Source: Candidatus Uhrbacteria bacterium RIFOXYB12_FULL_58_10 (lineage in GTDB: Bacteria; Patescibacteriota; Patescibacteriia; UBA9934; GWF2-40-263). Taken from it: a stretch of 64,000 nucleotides of DNA. The position numbers were made by a program, and so were the translations under genes. Under the pieces are notes generated by a model. It searched no databases and was not told the DNA's origin. It worked only from the letters and a program-made list of their open reading frames with translations. Positions 1-8,767 of the stretch are shown piece after piece (the first letter of the stretch is position 1; every line of letters begins with the position of its first letter). The stretch is from the NCBI GenBank assembly GCA_943354165.1, contig CALRBH010000001.1:80828-144827 (forward strand), given 5' to 3'.

Positions 1-52
1 AACCACGGACGGCCGCCCAAAAGGTGGCCGTTTTTGGTATACTGTTTCCACT

Positions 53-1468
53 ATGTTAAGGAGGAGTACAGACAAGCGCACCAAAATCGTGTGCACGGTT
101 GGGCCTACCTCGGCGGATCCGCGCATTCTTACGCGCATGGTCATGGCCGGGATGAACGTGGCGCGCCTCAACTTTTCTCATGGCACACATGCAAGCCATC
201 AAGCCGTCTTGAAGACCGTGCGGAGCGTGGAGCGCAAAACGAAACAAGTGATCGCCGTCCTTGCAGACTTGCAGGGTCCGAAGATTCGGTTGGGTGAACT
301 TCCGGCGGACGGGGTGGATATTCATACGGGGAGGGAAGTTGTATTTTCAACCGCCTCAAGTGTCTACAAGTCCGGACTCCTTCCGGTAACTTACGCTGGG
401 CTTCATAAAGACGTTAAGGTGGGAGATCGGATTCTCATCGATGACGGGCTGCTCGAAGTGAAGGTGCTGGCCGTACATGGAACGTCCATACGCGCCAAGG
501 TGATAAACGGCGGGCACGTCTCGTCTCACAAGGGGATGAACTTTCCGGACTCCACACTGCGGGTTCCTGCGCTCACGGCGAAGGATCGCGCGGACGCAAA
601 GTTTGCCGTGAAGGCGGGCGTGGAATACATCGCGCTTTCGTTTGTCACCAGCGCAAAGGACATTCGCACCTTGCGCGGGATCATTCAGGCGGCCGCATCG
701 AGAGGAACGGTGCTTCCTCGCATCATCGTGAAGATCGAAAAGCACGAGGCGATCACGCGGTTCCTTGAAATCCTTGCGGAGACGGATGCCGTGATGATTG
801 CACGCGGAGACCTTGGTGTAGAAATTCCCGCCGCGGAAGTTCCGGTGAAGCAGAAGGAAATGATTATGCTGTGCCGGCTCGCGGGCAAACCCGTTGTCGT
901 GGCTACGCAGATGCTCGACTCCATGATCCGCAATCCTCGCCCCACGCGCGCGGAAGTTTCGGACGTCGCGAACGCGGTGTTCGATCATACAGATGCCGTG
1001 ATGCTTTCTGGCGAAACTGCGTCTGGAAAATATCCCGTTGAGGCGGTCACGGCGATGGCGAACATTATTCGTGAAGCCGAACAGTCATCGTTCGATGATA
1101 TCCATTTACCAACCCTCATCTCCGGACGCCCCGAAGCCGCCATCGCCCAAGCGATTAAACTTCTTGCGGATGCGGGGGAGATTCAAGCGGTGGCTGCGCA
1201 TGGAGACCTGACCCCTTGGGCGGAAACACTCCTCAGCGATCGTCCAGAAATTCCATTTGTCTTTGCCTCAAGCGATACGTGCCACTTGCGACAGTCCCAT
1301 CTGCGATGGGGTGTGCATCCAGTGCTGCTTGCCTCCTCCGCATCCAGTACACTTGGACGACATCTTCTTGAGCGTCTGCATGCCAATACCAGCCTTCCTA
1401 AGGGCGCGCGCGTCGCCCTGATCCTTGGCGGGGTGCACGGCTCCGGATTCGACGTAGTTTCGTTGTAG
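53..1468 (+). CDS. pyk: pyruvate kinase
   Basis: TKIVCTVGP, RLNFSHG, DLQGPKIR, KIEK, MIARGDLGVE, ATQMLDSM, RPTRAEVSDVANA and VMLSGETA motifs. Confidence 0.97.
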   Translation: MLRRSTDKRTKIVCTVGPTSADPRILTRMVMAGMNVARLNFSHGTHASHQAVLKTVRSVERKTKQVIAVLADLQGPKIRLGELPADGVDIHTGREVVFSTASSVYKSGLLPVTYAGLHKDVKVGDRILIDDGLLEVKVLAVHGTSIRAKVINGGHVSSHKGMNFPDSTLRVPALTAKDRADAKFAVKAGVEYIALSFVTSAKDIRTLRGIIQAAASRGTVLPRIIVKIEKHEAITRFLEILAETDAVMIARGDLGVEIPAAEVPVKQKEMIMLCRLAGKPVVVATQMLDSMIRNPRPTRAEVSDVANAVFDHTDAVMLSGETASGKYPVEAVTAMANIIREAEQSSFDDIHLPTLISGRPEAAIAQAIKLLADAGEIQAVAAHGDLTPWAETLLSDRPEIPFVFASSDTCHLRQSHLRWGVHPVLLASSASSTLGRHLLERLHANTSLPKGARVALILGGVHGSGFDVVSL

Positions 1469-1536
1469 ATCCTAGGTCTTGCAGAGCCCTTTGGCTCATG
1501 TTAAGGTGCTGGCGCTTAGAGAGCGATCACCCCTTT

Positions 1537-1614
1537 GGACTGGTGGTGTAGCCCGGTTAACACGTCTCCCTGTCACGGAGAAGATCGCGGGTTCGAATCC
1601 CGTCCGGTCCGCCA
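1537..1614 (+). tRNA. tRNA-Asp(GTC)
   Basis: Acceptor stem GGACTGG/CCGGTCC; anticodon arm TCTCC-CTGTCAC-GGAGA (GTC at 1572-1574); T-loop TTCGAAT; discriminator G and encoded CCA. Confidence 0.97.
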
Positions 1615-1615
1615 G

Positions 1616-1648
1616 AAAAATCCCAGACCCGTTCTGGGGTTTTTCTTT
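1616..1648. terminator. bidirectional intrinsic terminator after tRNA-Asp
   Basis: AAAAATCCCAGA-CCCGT-TCTGGGGTTTTT hairpin with A and T tracts. Confidence 0.7.
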
Positions 1649-1653
1649 TGGGG

Positions 1654-1687
1654 AAAAAAATGAACAGTTGCCGAGGGGCAACTGTTC
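1654..1687 (-). terminator. intrinsic terminator of the 1706-2305 gene
   Basis: GAACAGTTGCC-GAGG-GGCAACTGTTC 11-bp stem, followed by a T run on the minus strand. Confidence 0.75.
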
Positions 1688-1705
1688 GTCGTGTCGCAGA
1701 AAGGA

Positions 1706-2305
1706 CTAGTCGATGGTCGGGTCGTTGTAGTCGCCATCAGGCATGGGTTCTTCCACGAAAGGTTTGATCTGTGTGGTCACGAGCTTGCCGCCAACGAGCT
1801 GCAGCGTACCGGCCTGTATGAGCTTGCCGCCGCAGTCGTAGATCAGCTGTCCGTTTTCATGGTGCGGCTTGCCGCGCTCCAGGTGCAACGTGCATGGTGT
1901 CGCCGTCGCCTTCACGCGTTTTTGGGCGATCTCGATGGGTTGCGCGTTCGCGGAGGAGAGGCCGAACCCGCCGATGAGCATGGCCGCAAGGACGGGGCCA
2001 ACGGCCTTCTTCATCCAGCTGAAGGACCAACCTGACCAGATCGAAGGCTCTTCGTAGACCAAATCCTCGACGAAGTCCATGGGCGGCGGAGCGGTCACAA
2101 CTGCGGGCGCTGCCTTCGGAACCGTGATGGGTTTGGGCTTCTCATTTTTCTTTGCGTTCTCGGCACGAACCTTTGCCTTCACGGACTTGGGCTGGTAGAG
2201 CCACATCACTGACATGTCGATCAGCGTGCCTTTATCGGTGAAGACGTCGGTGTTTCTTGGATGCGGTGCGTTCGCTTCTTTGTACCATCCTTCAAATGTC
2301 TGCAT
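1706..2305 (-). CDS. hypothetical protein with internal signal-peptide/TM-like segment
   Basis: 199-aa ORF with AAAGGA SD, upstream TTGACA-17-TATGTT promoter (2381-2353) and downstream terminator; contains MKKAVGPVLAAMLIGGFGLSSANA. Confidence 0.7.
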   Translation of the reverse strand: MQTFEGWYKEANAPHPRNTDVFTDKGTLIDMSVMWLYQPKSVKAKVRAENAKKNEKPKPITVPKAAPAVVTAPPPMDFVEDLVYEEPSIWSGWSFSWMKKAVGPVLAAMLIGGFGLSSANAQPIEIAQKRVKATATPCTLHLERGKPHHENGQLIYDCGGKLIQAGTLQLVGGKLVTTQIKPFVEEPMPDGDYNDPTID

Positions 2306-2403
2306 GATTGCCGTCCTTTCATGTAGTGCTTCCCGGGATGGGAGAGCCTGAAAACATACACGAAAAAATGCGTTTTGTCAATGGGTGATTGTGTGTTTTC
2401 AAT

Positions 2404-2439
2404 AAAAAAGCGGCGACAAGGAGTATTCCTTGTCGCCGC
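2404..2439 (-). terminator. intrinsic terminator
   Basis: Minus strand GCGGCGACAAGGA-ATAC-TCCTTGTCGCCGC followed by TTTTTT. Confidence 0.85.
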
Positions 2440-2460
2440 CCTAGGTTGGGAGTTCCCGTC

Positions 2461-4149
2461 CTAGTTCTGACTCACCACGATCTTCACGATGCGCATGCCC
2501 TCACACAAGGGCTTGCCGTCTGCGTTCACCTTCGCGATCACGGTATTCTCGGTCTCCGAGGGGCAGGAGAAGAACACTCCACCACTCGTGAGCCGTCGGC
2601 CGCGCTGTTCCTTGCCGTACAACGCGTACGTGCACCCTTCGATGACCTCGGGTGTCGACGCGATGACTGGAGCCACAGGTGCCACCACCGGAGTGGGGAC
2701 AGGAGCGACTGGTGGCGTGACCACAGGGACGACCGGCGTCACCACTGGGGTTACGACAGGCTGTACCACTGGCGTCACGACGGCCACTTGTGTCGCCGGT
2801 TGCCGGAAGTGATTGACAAAGAGCCCAATCCCCACCAACAATAGGACCAGCACGGCCGCGATGGCCCCGAGCACCGGCCACGGCGAACCTTCATTTTTCT
2901 TCTCGTCTTTCTTCGGTCCGTCCGTTCCGGAGGTGCCCTTGTTGAGCGGCGACTTCGGAGCGGCGGTCGTAGGGACGTTGAACAGCTTCGGTGCCGGTTG
3001 CGGCTTCGGAGGTTGGGGAAGGTCTGCTTCCTTTTCCTCTGGCACCGGCGGAGGCACCGGAGCTTGCGTCGGCGCCACCGCCTCGGCAACGAAGGCTGCA
3101 GTTTGCGCGCTGACCGTCTCTTCTTCCATGAGCTCAGCCAGTGCCTGTTTGGTCAGGGCTTCGTCCTCGAGACGTTTGTTTTCCGTCGCGATCCGAACTT
3201 CCTCGGCCCCTTCGGCCATCAGATGAGCCACTTCCTGCGGAGGAAGCGCCTCCTCCTGCTTGCGTGCGGCCTCGGCGGATTCCTTCTCCCACTTCTTGTG
3301 CAGCTCCGCCTCGATGCGCTGCTTCTCCTCCGTCACCTTCAGGCGTTCGTCTTTGAGACGCTGTGCTTCGGCTTCATCCAATGCGGCTTGCAGCCGATTG
3401 GCCTCCGCCAGATCAGATGCGGCCTTGTTGGCTTGCACCTGCGCCTTGATCTGTGCGATCTCAGCTTCGGCCCTTGCGGGCTTCTCCTTGGTGGCTTCGG
3501 TGGCAGTGATACCCCCTATCTCGTCCTCGTCCGTCACTGGCGCTTTCGTCGTCGGCGGGGGCATTGGAGCCCCTCCGGCGCCTTTCATTGTGGCCTCGGG
3601 CTTCTGTTTTCTCGGCAGGAGATCCGTTGGAATGTCCTTTTGAGGATCCAGATGCCTTAGCGGCGGCACCTCCGTCGGCAACGGCCTGTCCATGGGCTGC
3701 TTGGCCATATTCACATTCCCGTTCGAGAACACGTCGCCGTCGCTCGTGGGTTCTCCTGTGAGCCCCTCCGGCTGCGGCGTGTCCACCGCGGTGTTCGGCG
3801 GCAACCGCGGAATCTGCCAGAGTTTCTTCATGAAGCGTTTCGTATCCGCCGGCTTGATCTCGATGTGTGTCACTTCTGGATCATAGATCGGAATGCGGAC
3901 CATAACGCTGCCGTCCTTCTGCTTGATTCCGGTGTATTGATTGGTGTCGTGCTCGAGCAGTTCATCGTCGAACATCGTACTTCCGACAATAACCTCGATC
4001 TCTTCCATGTCCGTTGGAGTTCCTCCGAAGGAGAACCTGACGACGCGGATGAACTGCTTGTCATTTCCCCTGAGGCCGTCCACGTGCTCGTGGGTGATCT
4101 CGGGGGCGTTGGGCAGGGTGACGGGGAACTCTTGCTTCTCACTATTCAT
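2461..4149 (-). CDS. hypothetical single-pass membrane protein (Pro-rich, coiled coil, C-terminal TM, PVV repeats, small Cys domain)
   Basis: Long ORF; start moved to ATG at 4149, which has a GGAGG SD; TM WPVLGAIAAVLVLLLVGIGLFV. Confidence 0.8.
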   Translation of the reverse strand: MNSEKQEFPVTLPNAPEITHEHVDGLRGNDKQFIRVVRFSFGGTPTDMEEIEVIVGSTMFDDELLEHDTNQYTGIKQKDGSVMVRIPIYDPEVTHIEIKPADTKRFMKKLWQIPRLPPNTAVDTPQPEGLTGEPTSDGDVFSNGNVNMAKQPMDRPLPTEVPPLRHLDPQKDIPTDLLPRKQKPEATMKGAGGAPMPPPTTKAPVTDEDEIGGITATEATKEKPARAEAEIAQIKAQVQANKAASDLAEANRLQAALDEAEAQRLKDERLKVTEEKQRIEAELHKKWEKESAEAARKQEEALPPQEVAHLMAEGAEEVRIATENKRLEDEALTKQALAELMEEETVSAQTAAFVAEAVAPTQAPVPPPVPEEKEADLPQPPKPQPAPKLFNVPTTAAPKSPLNKGTSGTDGPKKDEKKNEGSPWPVLGAIAAVLVLLLVGIGLFVNHFRQPATQVAVVTPVVQPVVTPVVTPVVPVVTPPVAPVPTPVVAPVAPVIASTPEVIEGCTYALYGKEQRGRRLTSGGVFFSCPSETENTVIAKVNADGKPLCEGMRIVKIVVSQN

Positions 4150-4320
4150 GTTTCCTCCATATTTGAGTTTCGGGAACGGTTTGTTTTCTTTGACCACCAC
4201 CGCTTTACTATTAAATTTAATTGTGAAGGCGCCTCATAGCCCTTCAATATTTATGGCATGAGCGAACGTGCGAGTATTGCATGTTTTTGACAAAATGTCA
4301 ATGTCTTGCCCTAACATAGC

Positions 4321-4346
4321 CAAAAACGCCCTTGCGGGCGTTTTTG
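4321..4346 (-). terminator. terminator of infC-rpmI-rplT
   Basis: CAAAAACGCCC-TTGC-GGGCGTTTTTG hairpin. Confidence 0.8.
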
Positions 4347-4354
4347 AAGGAGGT

Positions 4355-4702
4355 TTAAGCTTTTACGCTCTTTACCACCGCTTCGAATACAGAGGCGTGG
4401 TCCTTCGCGATGAAGGAGAGCACCTTGCGGTCCAAAGACACGTTGTGTGCCTTGAGGGCGCCGATAAAGCGGGAGTAGGACATGCCGAGTGGACGCAGGG
4501 CGGCGTTGAGCCGAACCGTGAACAGGGCACGCATATCACGCTTTACGAGACGGCGGTCGCGGTAAGCGTACTTACCAGCCTTGAGCTCCGCGGTCTTTGC
4601 GAGCTTGATCTTTGATTTTCGGCCCCACATCATGCCTTTCGTCTTTGCAAGGAGATTCTTGCGACGCTTGGCATGCATGACACCGCGTTTAACGCGTGGC
4701 AT
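4355..4702 (-). CDS. rplT: 50S ribosomal protein L20
   Basis: MPRVKRG...YAYRDRR..KRDMRALF..RLNAA...SYSRFI...LDRKVLS. Confidence 0.98.
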   Translation of the reverse strand: MPRVKRGVMHAKRRKNLLAKTKGMMWGRKSKIKLAKTAELKAGKYAYRDRRLVKRDMRALFTVRLNAALRPLGMSYSRFIGALKAHNVSLDRKVLSFIAKDHASVFEAVVKSVKA

Positions 4703-4711
4703 AGAAGTTTT

Positions 4712-4915
4712 TTATGTACCTGCGTAAGGAAGAAGGGTCTGGAAGGCCTCCGCGTGCGCATTGTTCAGGGTCTGATCGCGGCGCTTTTTGCGGGTGATTT
4801 TTCCAGAATCTCGGCTGTTAAAATGGCCCTGTCCAGCATGACGCTTAAGGACTTTGCCGTTCTTGGTCACCTTTACGCGCTTTGCGAGCGCTTTGTGCGT
4901 CTTGAGCTTCGGCAT
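4712..4915 (-). CDS. rpmI: 50S ribosomal protein L35
   Basis: MPKLKTHKALAKRVKVTKNGK; lies between infC and rplT. Confidence 0.97.
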   Translation of the reverse strand: MPKLKTHKALAKRVKVTKNGKVLKRHAGQGHFNSRDSGKITRKKRRDQTLNNAHAEAFQTLLPYAGT

Positions 4916-4974
4916 AACGGGTTCGGTAAGAAGTGCGGGGAGTGTAAGGAATCGGCTGATATCCGTCAAGATAC

Positions 4975-5526
4975 TTAGATGCGGCCTACGATGGCGGTCA
5001 TTCGGCCGGCCATATAGGTGATTTCCTGCTCGGTACGGATGGGGAAGTCGGTTTTCAGGAGTTCCATGAACTTGATGGCGACTTCGCGGGCGATCTCCTG
5101 GTGGCCCTTTTCACGGCCACGGAGCACGAGCTCGATCTTGACCTTATCCCCACGCTCGAGGAATTTCTTGGCCTGTTGATGGCGGACTTCAAGGTCGTGA
5201 TCTCCGATGCGGAGGGAAAGGCGGATCCCCTTGACCTCGACTTCATGCGATTGGGCCTTTTGTTTGCGGGCTTCCTTTTCCTTCTGGTATTTGAACTGGC
5301 CGAAGTTGAGGAGCTTGCAGACCGGCGGGTTTCCCTTAGGAGAGACTTCCACCAGGTCCGATTCTTTGCTGAGCGCAAGCGCGATGGCGTCCGCGGTCGT
5401 CATGACTCCAAGTGGTTCACCTTCAAGCCCAATAACGCGAACCTCAGGGACGAGGATCATTTCATTGGCCTTGTAGCTCGGAACCTCAAATTTGGGTTTC
5501 CGAACCCGGTGTCGATGAATACGCAT
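4975..5526 (-). CDS. infC: translation initiation factor IF-3
   Basis: EVRVIG, DLVEVSP..PPVCKL, KFLERGDKVKI.LRGRE; start uncertain, ATG at 5526 chosen. Confidence 0.95.
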   Translation of the reverse strand: MRIHRHRVRKPKFEVPSYKANEMILVPEVRVIGLEGEPLGVMTTADAIALALSKESDLVEVSPKGNPPVCKLLNFGQFKYQKEKEARKQKAQSHEVEVKGIRLSLRIGDHDLEVRHQQAKKFLERGDKVKIELVLRGREKGHQEIAREVAIKFMELLKTDFPIRTEQEITYMAGRMTAIVGRI

Positions 5527-5589
5527 AACGTGGCCGATTGTAGCAGAGGAATGGAAAAAAACAAGAGAACGGGCTACCATCCGGTGGCT

Positions 5590-6030
5590 ATGGCAGATCT
5601 AGCGTTCAACAAGCGGGCCGCATTCGATTACGACCTTCTTGAAAAACTTGAGGGCGGGTTAAAGCTGACCGGGCCGGAAGTGAAGTCGGCGAAGGCTGGG
5701 CACGTGCAATTTAAGGGGGCGTTTCTACATGTGCAGAAGGGAGAGCTGTGGCTTAAGAATCTCCACATCTCCAAATACGTTCCGGCGGGGGAGCAGCTGC
5801 TCTATAATCCAACGCGTGATCGGAAGGTGCTTGTCCACAAGCGGGATATTGCTCGGCTCACCGGAAAAACGCATGCGGACGGATTGACATTGGTGCCAAT
5901 TTCGGTGTATCTTCGCAGGAATCTCGTGAAGCTTTCCTTCGCCCTCGCGCGCGGAAAAAAGCTGTTCGAAAAGAAGGACGCGATCAAGAAACGCGATCTC
6001 GACAGGGAAGTCCGCCGCGGCGAGGCGTAG
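5590..6030 (+). CDS. smpB: SsrA-binding protein
   Basis: NKRAAFDY, GLKLTGPEVKS, PTRDRKVLVHKR, GLTLVP, ARGKK..KRD; adjacent to ssrA. Confidence 0.97.
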   Translation: MADLAFNKRAAFDYDLLEKLEGGLKLTGPEVKSAKAGHVQFKGAFLHVQKGELWLKNLHISKYVPAGEQLLYNPTRDRKVLVHKRDIARLTGKTHADGLTLVPISVYLRRNLVKLSFALARGKKLFEKKDAIKKRDLDREVRRGEA

Positions 6031-6115
6031 TTAGTAGTTAGTAGATAGTAGTTAGTAGAGTTGGTTGGAAAATTTTCCTACTTACTACTAACTACTTACT
6101 ACTAACTGCTAACGC
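6026..6115. repeat. inverted heptamer tandem arrays, empty element
   Basis: Units GTAGTTA GTAGTTA GTAGATA GTAGTTA GTAG (6027-6058); central palindrome GGAAAATTTTCC; units TTACTAC TAACTAC TTACTAC TAACTGC (6082-6109). Confidence 0.95.
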
Positions 6116-6127
6116 AGTTAGTCATAT

Positions 6128-6528
6128 GGGGCTGATCGGCTTCGCCGGCAGCCTGTTTCCGTCTAAGCAAGCCGAGGGTGTACTGAACCTCGTAAATCCT
6201 CTGTGCAAAGAAGTCATTTGCCAACCTCTTCTCACAAGTGAAGAGCGCGATCGCTTCGGCGTTCCGCGTTCCGACACTTGCCATGGTTACCGCCTAAGGG
6301 CTTGTAACCCATCCGTCCTGCTGGTTCGTAAGCGGGGTCGCGGGTGTTATATCTACGGACTCTCCTTGATGGACTACCGGTCTTCAGCAAGGGAATTGGC
6401 GGCCGGTCCGTCTGCAGGTATTTCGTTCTGTTTGACCCTGCAGCCGCGTAAATCTAACAGAACTTCGCTTGGAGAAAGGATTGGGGACAGTTGACCAGAC
6501 GGGGGTTCGATTCCCCCCAGCTCCACCA
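6128..6528 (+). ncRNA. ssrA: tmRNA
   Basis: 5' GGGGCTG pairs with 3' CAGCTCC-ACCA (G3.U alanine identity); T-arm GGGGGTTCGATTCCCCC; tag frame 6220-6297; directly after smpB. Confidence 0.95.
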
Positions 6529-6563
6529 AAATATCCGATAGGCCTGTCCTCTCGGATATTTTG
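6528..6563 (+). terminator. terminator after ssrA
   Basis: AAAATATCCGA...TCGGATATTTT hairpin. Confidence 0.7.
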
Positions 6564-6590
6564 TTTGGGGAATGGTATACTCCTAGACGT

Positions 6591-7628
6591 ATGCCATTAC
6601 CGAAATCTCCTCTTCCGCAAACCATCACGCTTTCCACCGCCACGTTCATTAAGGCAGCGCTCGTGGTTGGCGGTATTGTCCTTGTCTGGTTCTTGCGTGA
6701 CGTGCTCGCGATCATTTTTGTCGCCCTCTTGCTCGCCGCGCTCATCGATCCGTTTGCGGACCATCTTCATTCGAAGGGGATGCCTCGCGGGCTCGGGGTC
6801 ATCATCATCTATTTATGTCTTGGAACGGTTTCGGTTCTTGGTCTGATTGTTCTTGTCCCAGTTGTCATTGAACAGTTCCTCCAGCTCGTCTCAAACCTTT
6901 CAGGAACCTATTCGGATTTTGCGAGTTCCTTCGGTCAGCTCAAGACGCTCTCGGTGAAGTACGGGTTTGAAACGAATCTTCTTTCAAGTCTTCAGTCGCT
7001 TCAGGAAGCGATCACTGGATCATTTGCTTCCATCTTCTCCACGGTACGCGGATTCTTCGGGGGGATTGCTGCTCTGTTTATCGTGCTCGTCCTCGCCTTT
7101 TACATGGTGGCGGAAGAAGACACGGCACGGAAATATTTTCAGAACATCGCTCCTCTGGAATATCAGCCGTTTCTTTCGCAGCTGTTTGCGAAGATGCAGA
7201 AGCGGATCGGTTCCTGGTTGCGCGGACAGCTCGTCCTTGGGTTGATCGTAGGGACGGCGGTGTATATCGGGTTGAGCTTGCTCGATGTAAAGTACGCGCT
7301 CCTTCTGGGTATTGTCGCCGCGATTTTCGAAGTGATCCCATATGTCGGTCCCGTCCTTTCGCTTATCCCGGCGGCGATCATTGGGTTCGCGCAGGGTCCG
7401 GTCACGGGCCTCTTGGTGGTAGGCCTCTACGTGATCATCCAACAGGTTGAGAATAACGTTCTGGTCCCGAAGATCATGCAAAAGGCGACGGGGCTGAATC
7501 CGGTCGTCAGCATCATTGCCCTTATGATCGGCATCCAGTTCGGCGGGCTGATCGGGGCCATTCTTTCCATTCCGGTCGCGACCATGATTTCCGTCGTGTT
7601 GGAAGATTTGTTTACACCAACCGCCTGA
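6591..7628 (+). CDS. AI-2E (PerM/TqsA) family transporter
   Basis: Multi-TM; WLRGQL, IPYVGP, QQVENNVLVPKIM..GLNP, GAILSIP motifs. Confidence 0.9.
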   Translation: MPLPKSPLPQTITLSTATFIKAALVVGGIVLVWFLRDVLAIIFVALLLAALIDPFADHLHSKGMPRGLGVIIIYLCLGTVSVLGLIVLVPVVIEQFLQLVSNLSGTYSDFASSFGQLKTLSVKYGFETNLLSSLQSLQEAITGSFASIFSTVRGFFGGIAALFIVLVLAFYMVAEEDTARKYFQNIAPLEYQPFLSQLFAKMQKRIGSWLRGQLVLGLIVGTAVYIGLSLLDVKYALLLGIVAAIFEVIPYVGPVLSLIPAAIIGFAQGPVTGLLVVGLYVIIQQVENNVLVPKIMQKATGLNPVVSIIALMIGIQFGGLIGAILSIPVATMISVVLEDLFTPTA

Positions 7629-7632
7629 GGGT

Positions 7633-8037
7633 ATGCACAAGCATCTCCGTTCTGGATTTCTTGGTGTCATCATCGTTCTTTCCTTTGCCCTCGCGGTTTT
7701 TGTCCTGAAGGCAGGGAAGAGCGCGCCGACGGCAACCACCCCTTACCCCTCCTTGGCGAAGGAGGGGAGTCTGGCTCCGACGGATGGAGAATATCGTGCG
7801 GCCACTCATTCTATTATTGCGGAAGTGCGCGTGGCGTATCCAGCGGCTAAAACCGCCTATGATCGCGAGCAGGCTCTCACGGTCGCGTTGAACAATCTGC
7901 TCGATGTCCGCGTTCCAAGAGAGGAAAAGGATTTTCACCTGGAACTCGCGGTATCCCTTGAGCTTACGCGCTCCGGTTCTCCAGATGGCTGGAAGCGTTT
8001 TCTGGCGACGGTTGAAAAAACGGACTGGTTGAAGTAA
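7633..8037 (+). CDS. hypothetical membrane-anchored protein
   Basis: N-terminal TM; tight operon spacing; contains palindromic element 7746-7767. Confidence 0.75.
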   Translation: MHKHLRSGFLGVIIVLSFALAVFVLKAGKSAPTATTPYPSLAKEGSLAPTDGEYRAATHSIIAEVRVAYPAAKTAYDREQALTVALNNLLDVRVPREEKDFHLELAVSLELTRSGSPDGWKRFLATVEKTDWLK

Positions 8038-8059
8038 GTAGAAGGAAACACGTTCCGTT

Positions 8060-8764
8060 ATGTCACGAGTTGAAAAAAACGCTCCCGTACAAGATGAGCT
8101 GCGCGCCATGCGCGGAGAGATGCTTGAAACTGTGAAAGTGAGTGGACGCGGGGTGGGGAAGAAGACGGGTTGCGCGATCATTCTCCTTCTTGTGCTGATG
8201 GCGTTTGGTCTTTGGATCCTGGTTCTTTTCGCTCGCACAGGACTCATAACGATTCCAGGTATTTCTCCAATCGTATTTACGGCTCCGGCTCCTGACCATC
8301 AGGTTGCCCCGGGGATCCTGATGGAAGAGAGCATTTCGCAGCAGTTGTCACAGGCCTCCACTTCGACAGCTATCGCGCTGCGCATGTCCGAGGAGTCACT
8401 TACCGCCTCCGTACGCCGAGTGCTGGCGGGATCGAACGTGAATTTCATCGATGCCGAAAAGACGCAGGTCATTGTGGAGACAGACGGTATCGAGATCTTC
8501 ATTCCCGTTGAAGGGAAGGATACGGCGGTCATGGTGCGTTTGCTTCCAGAGATCGAGAACGGTGCGTTTACGCTTTCGATCCGGGGCGTCGATGTCGGGA
8601 CGCTTGCTCTGCCGGGGGTGATTGTGGACTCCATGCTGCGTCCGGCCTTCGATGCGTCGGTGGACGAATTCAATCGAGAACTTGCCAAGCACGTTCTTCT
8701 TGAACAGATCCGTCTCGAGTCAGGCTCCCTTAGTATTTCAGGAACGCGATTCATTCCGCAGTAA
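8060..8764 (+). CDS. hypothetical membrane-anchored protein
   Basis: N-proximal TM, beta-rich C-terminal part, operon context. Confidence 0.75.
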   Translation: MSRVEKNAPVQDELRAMRGEMLETVKVSGRGVGKKTGCAIILLLVLMAFGLWILVLFARTGLITIPGISPIVFTAPAPDHQVAPGILMEESISQQLSQASTSTAIALRMSEESLTASVRRVLAGSNVNFIDAEKTQVIVETDGIEIFIPVEGKDTAVMVRLLPEIENGAFTLSIRGVDVGTLALPGVIVDSMLRPAFDASVDEFNRELAKHVLLEQIRLESGSLSISGTRFIPQ

Positions 8765-8767
8765 TAC

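Noticed and set aside
1537-4320. Integrative element at tRNA-Asp
   Set aside because: No integrase and no duplicated tRNA 3' end found.
5101-5589. N-terminal extension of SmpB in the ORF track
   Set aside because: It overlaps infC antisense; SmpB similarity starts at ATG 5590.
6026-6115. Heptamer arrays as a CRISPR array
   Set aside because: Units are 7-nt contiguous tandems with no unique spacers, and no cas genes are in the window.
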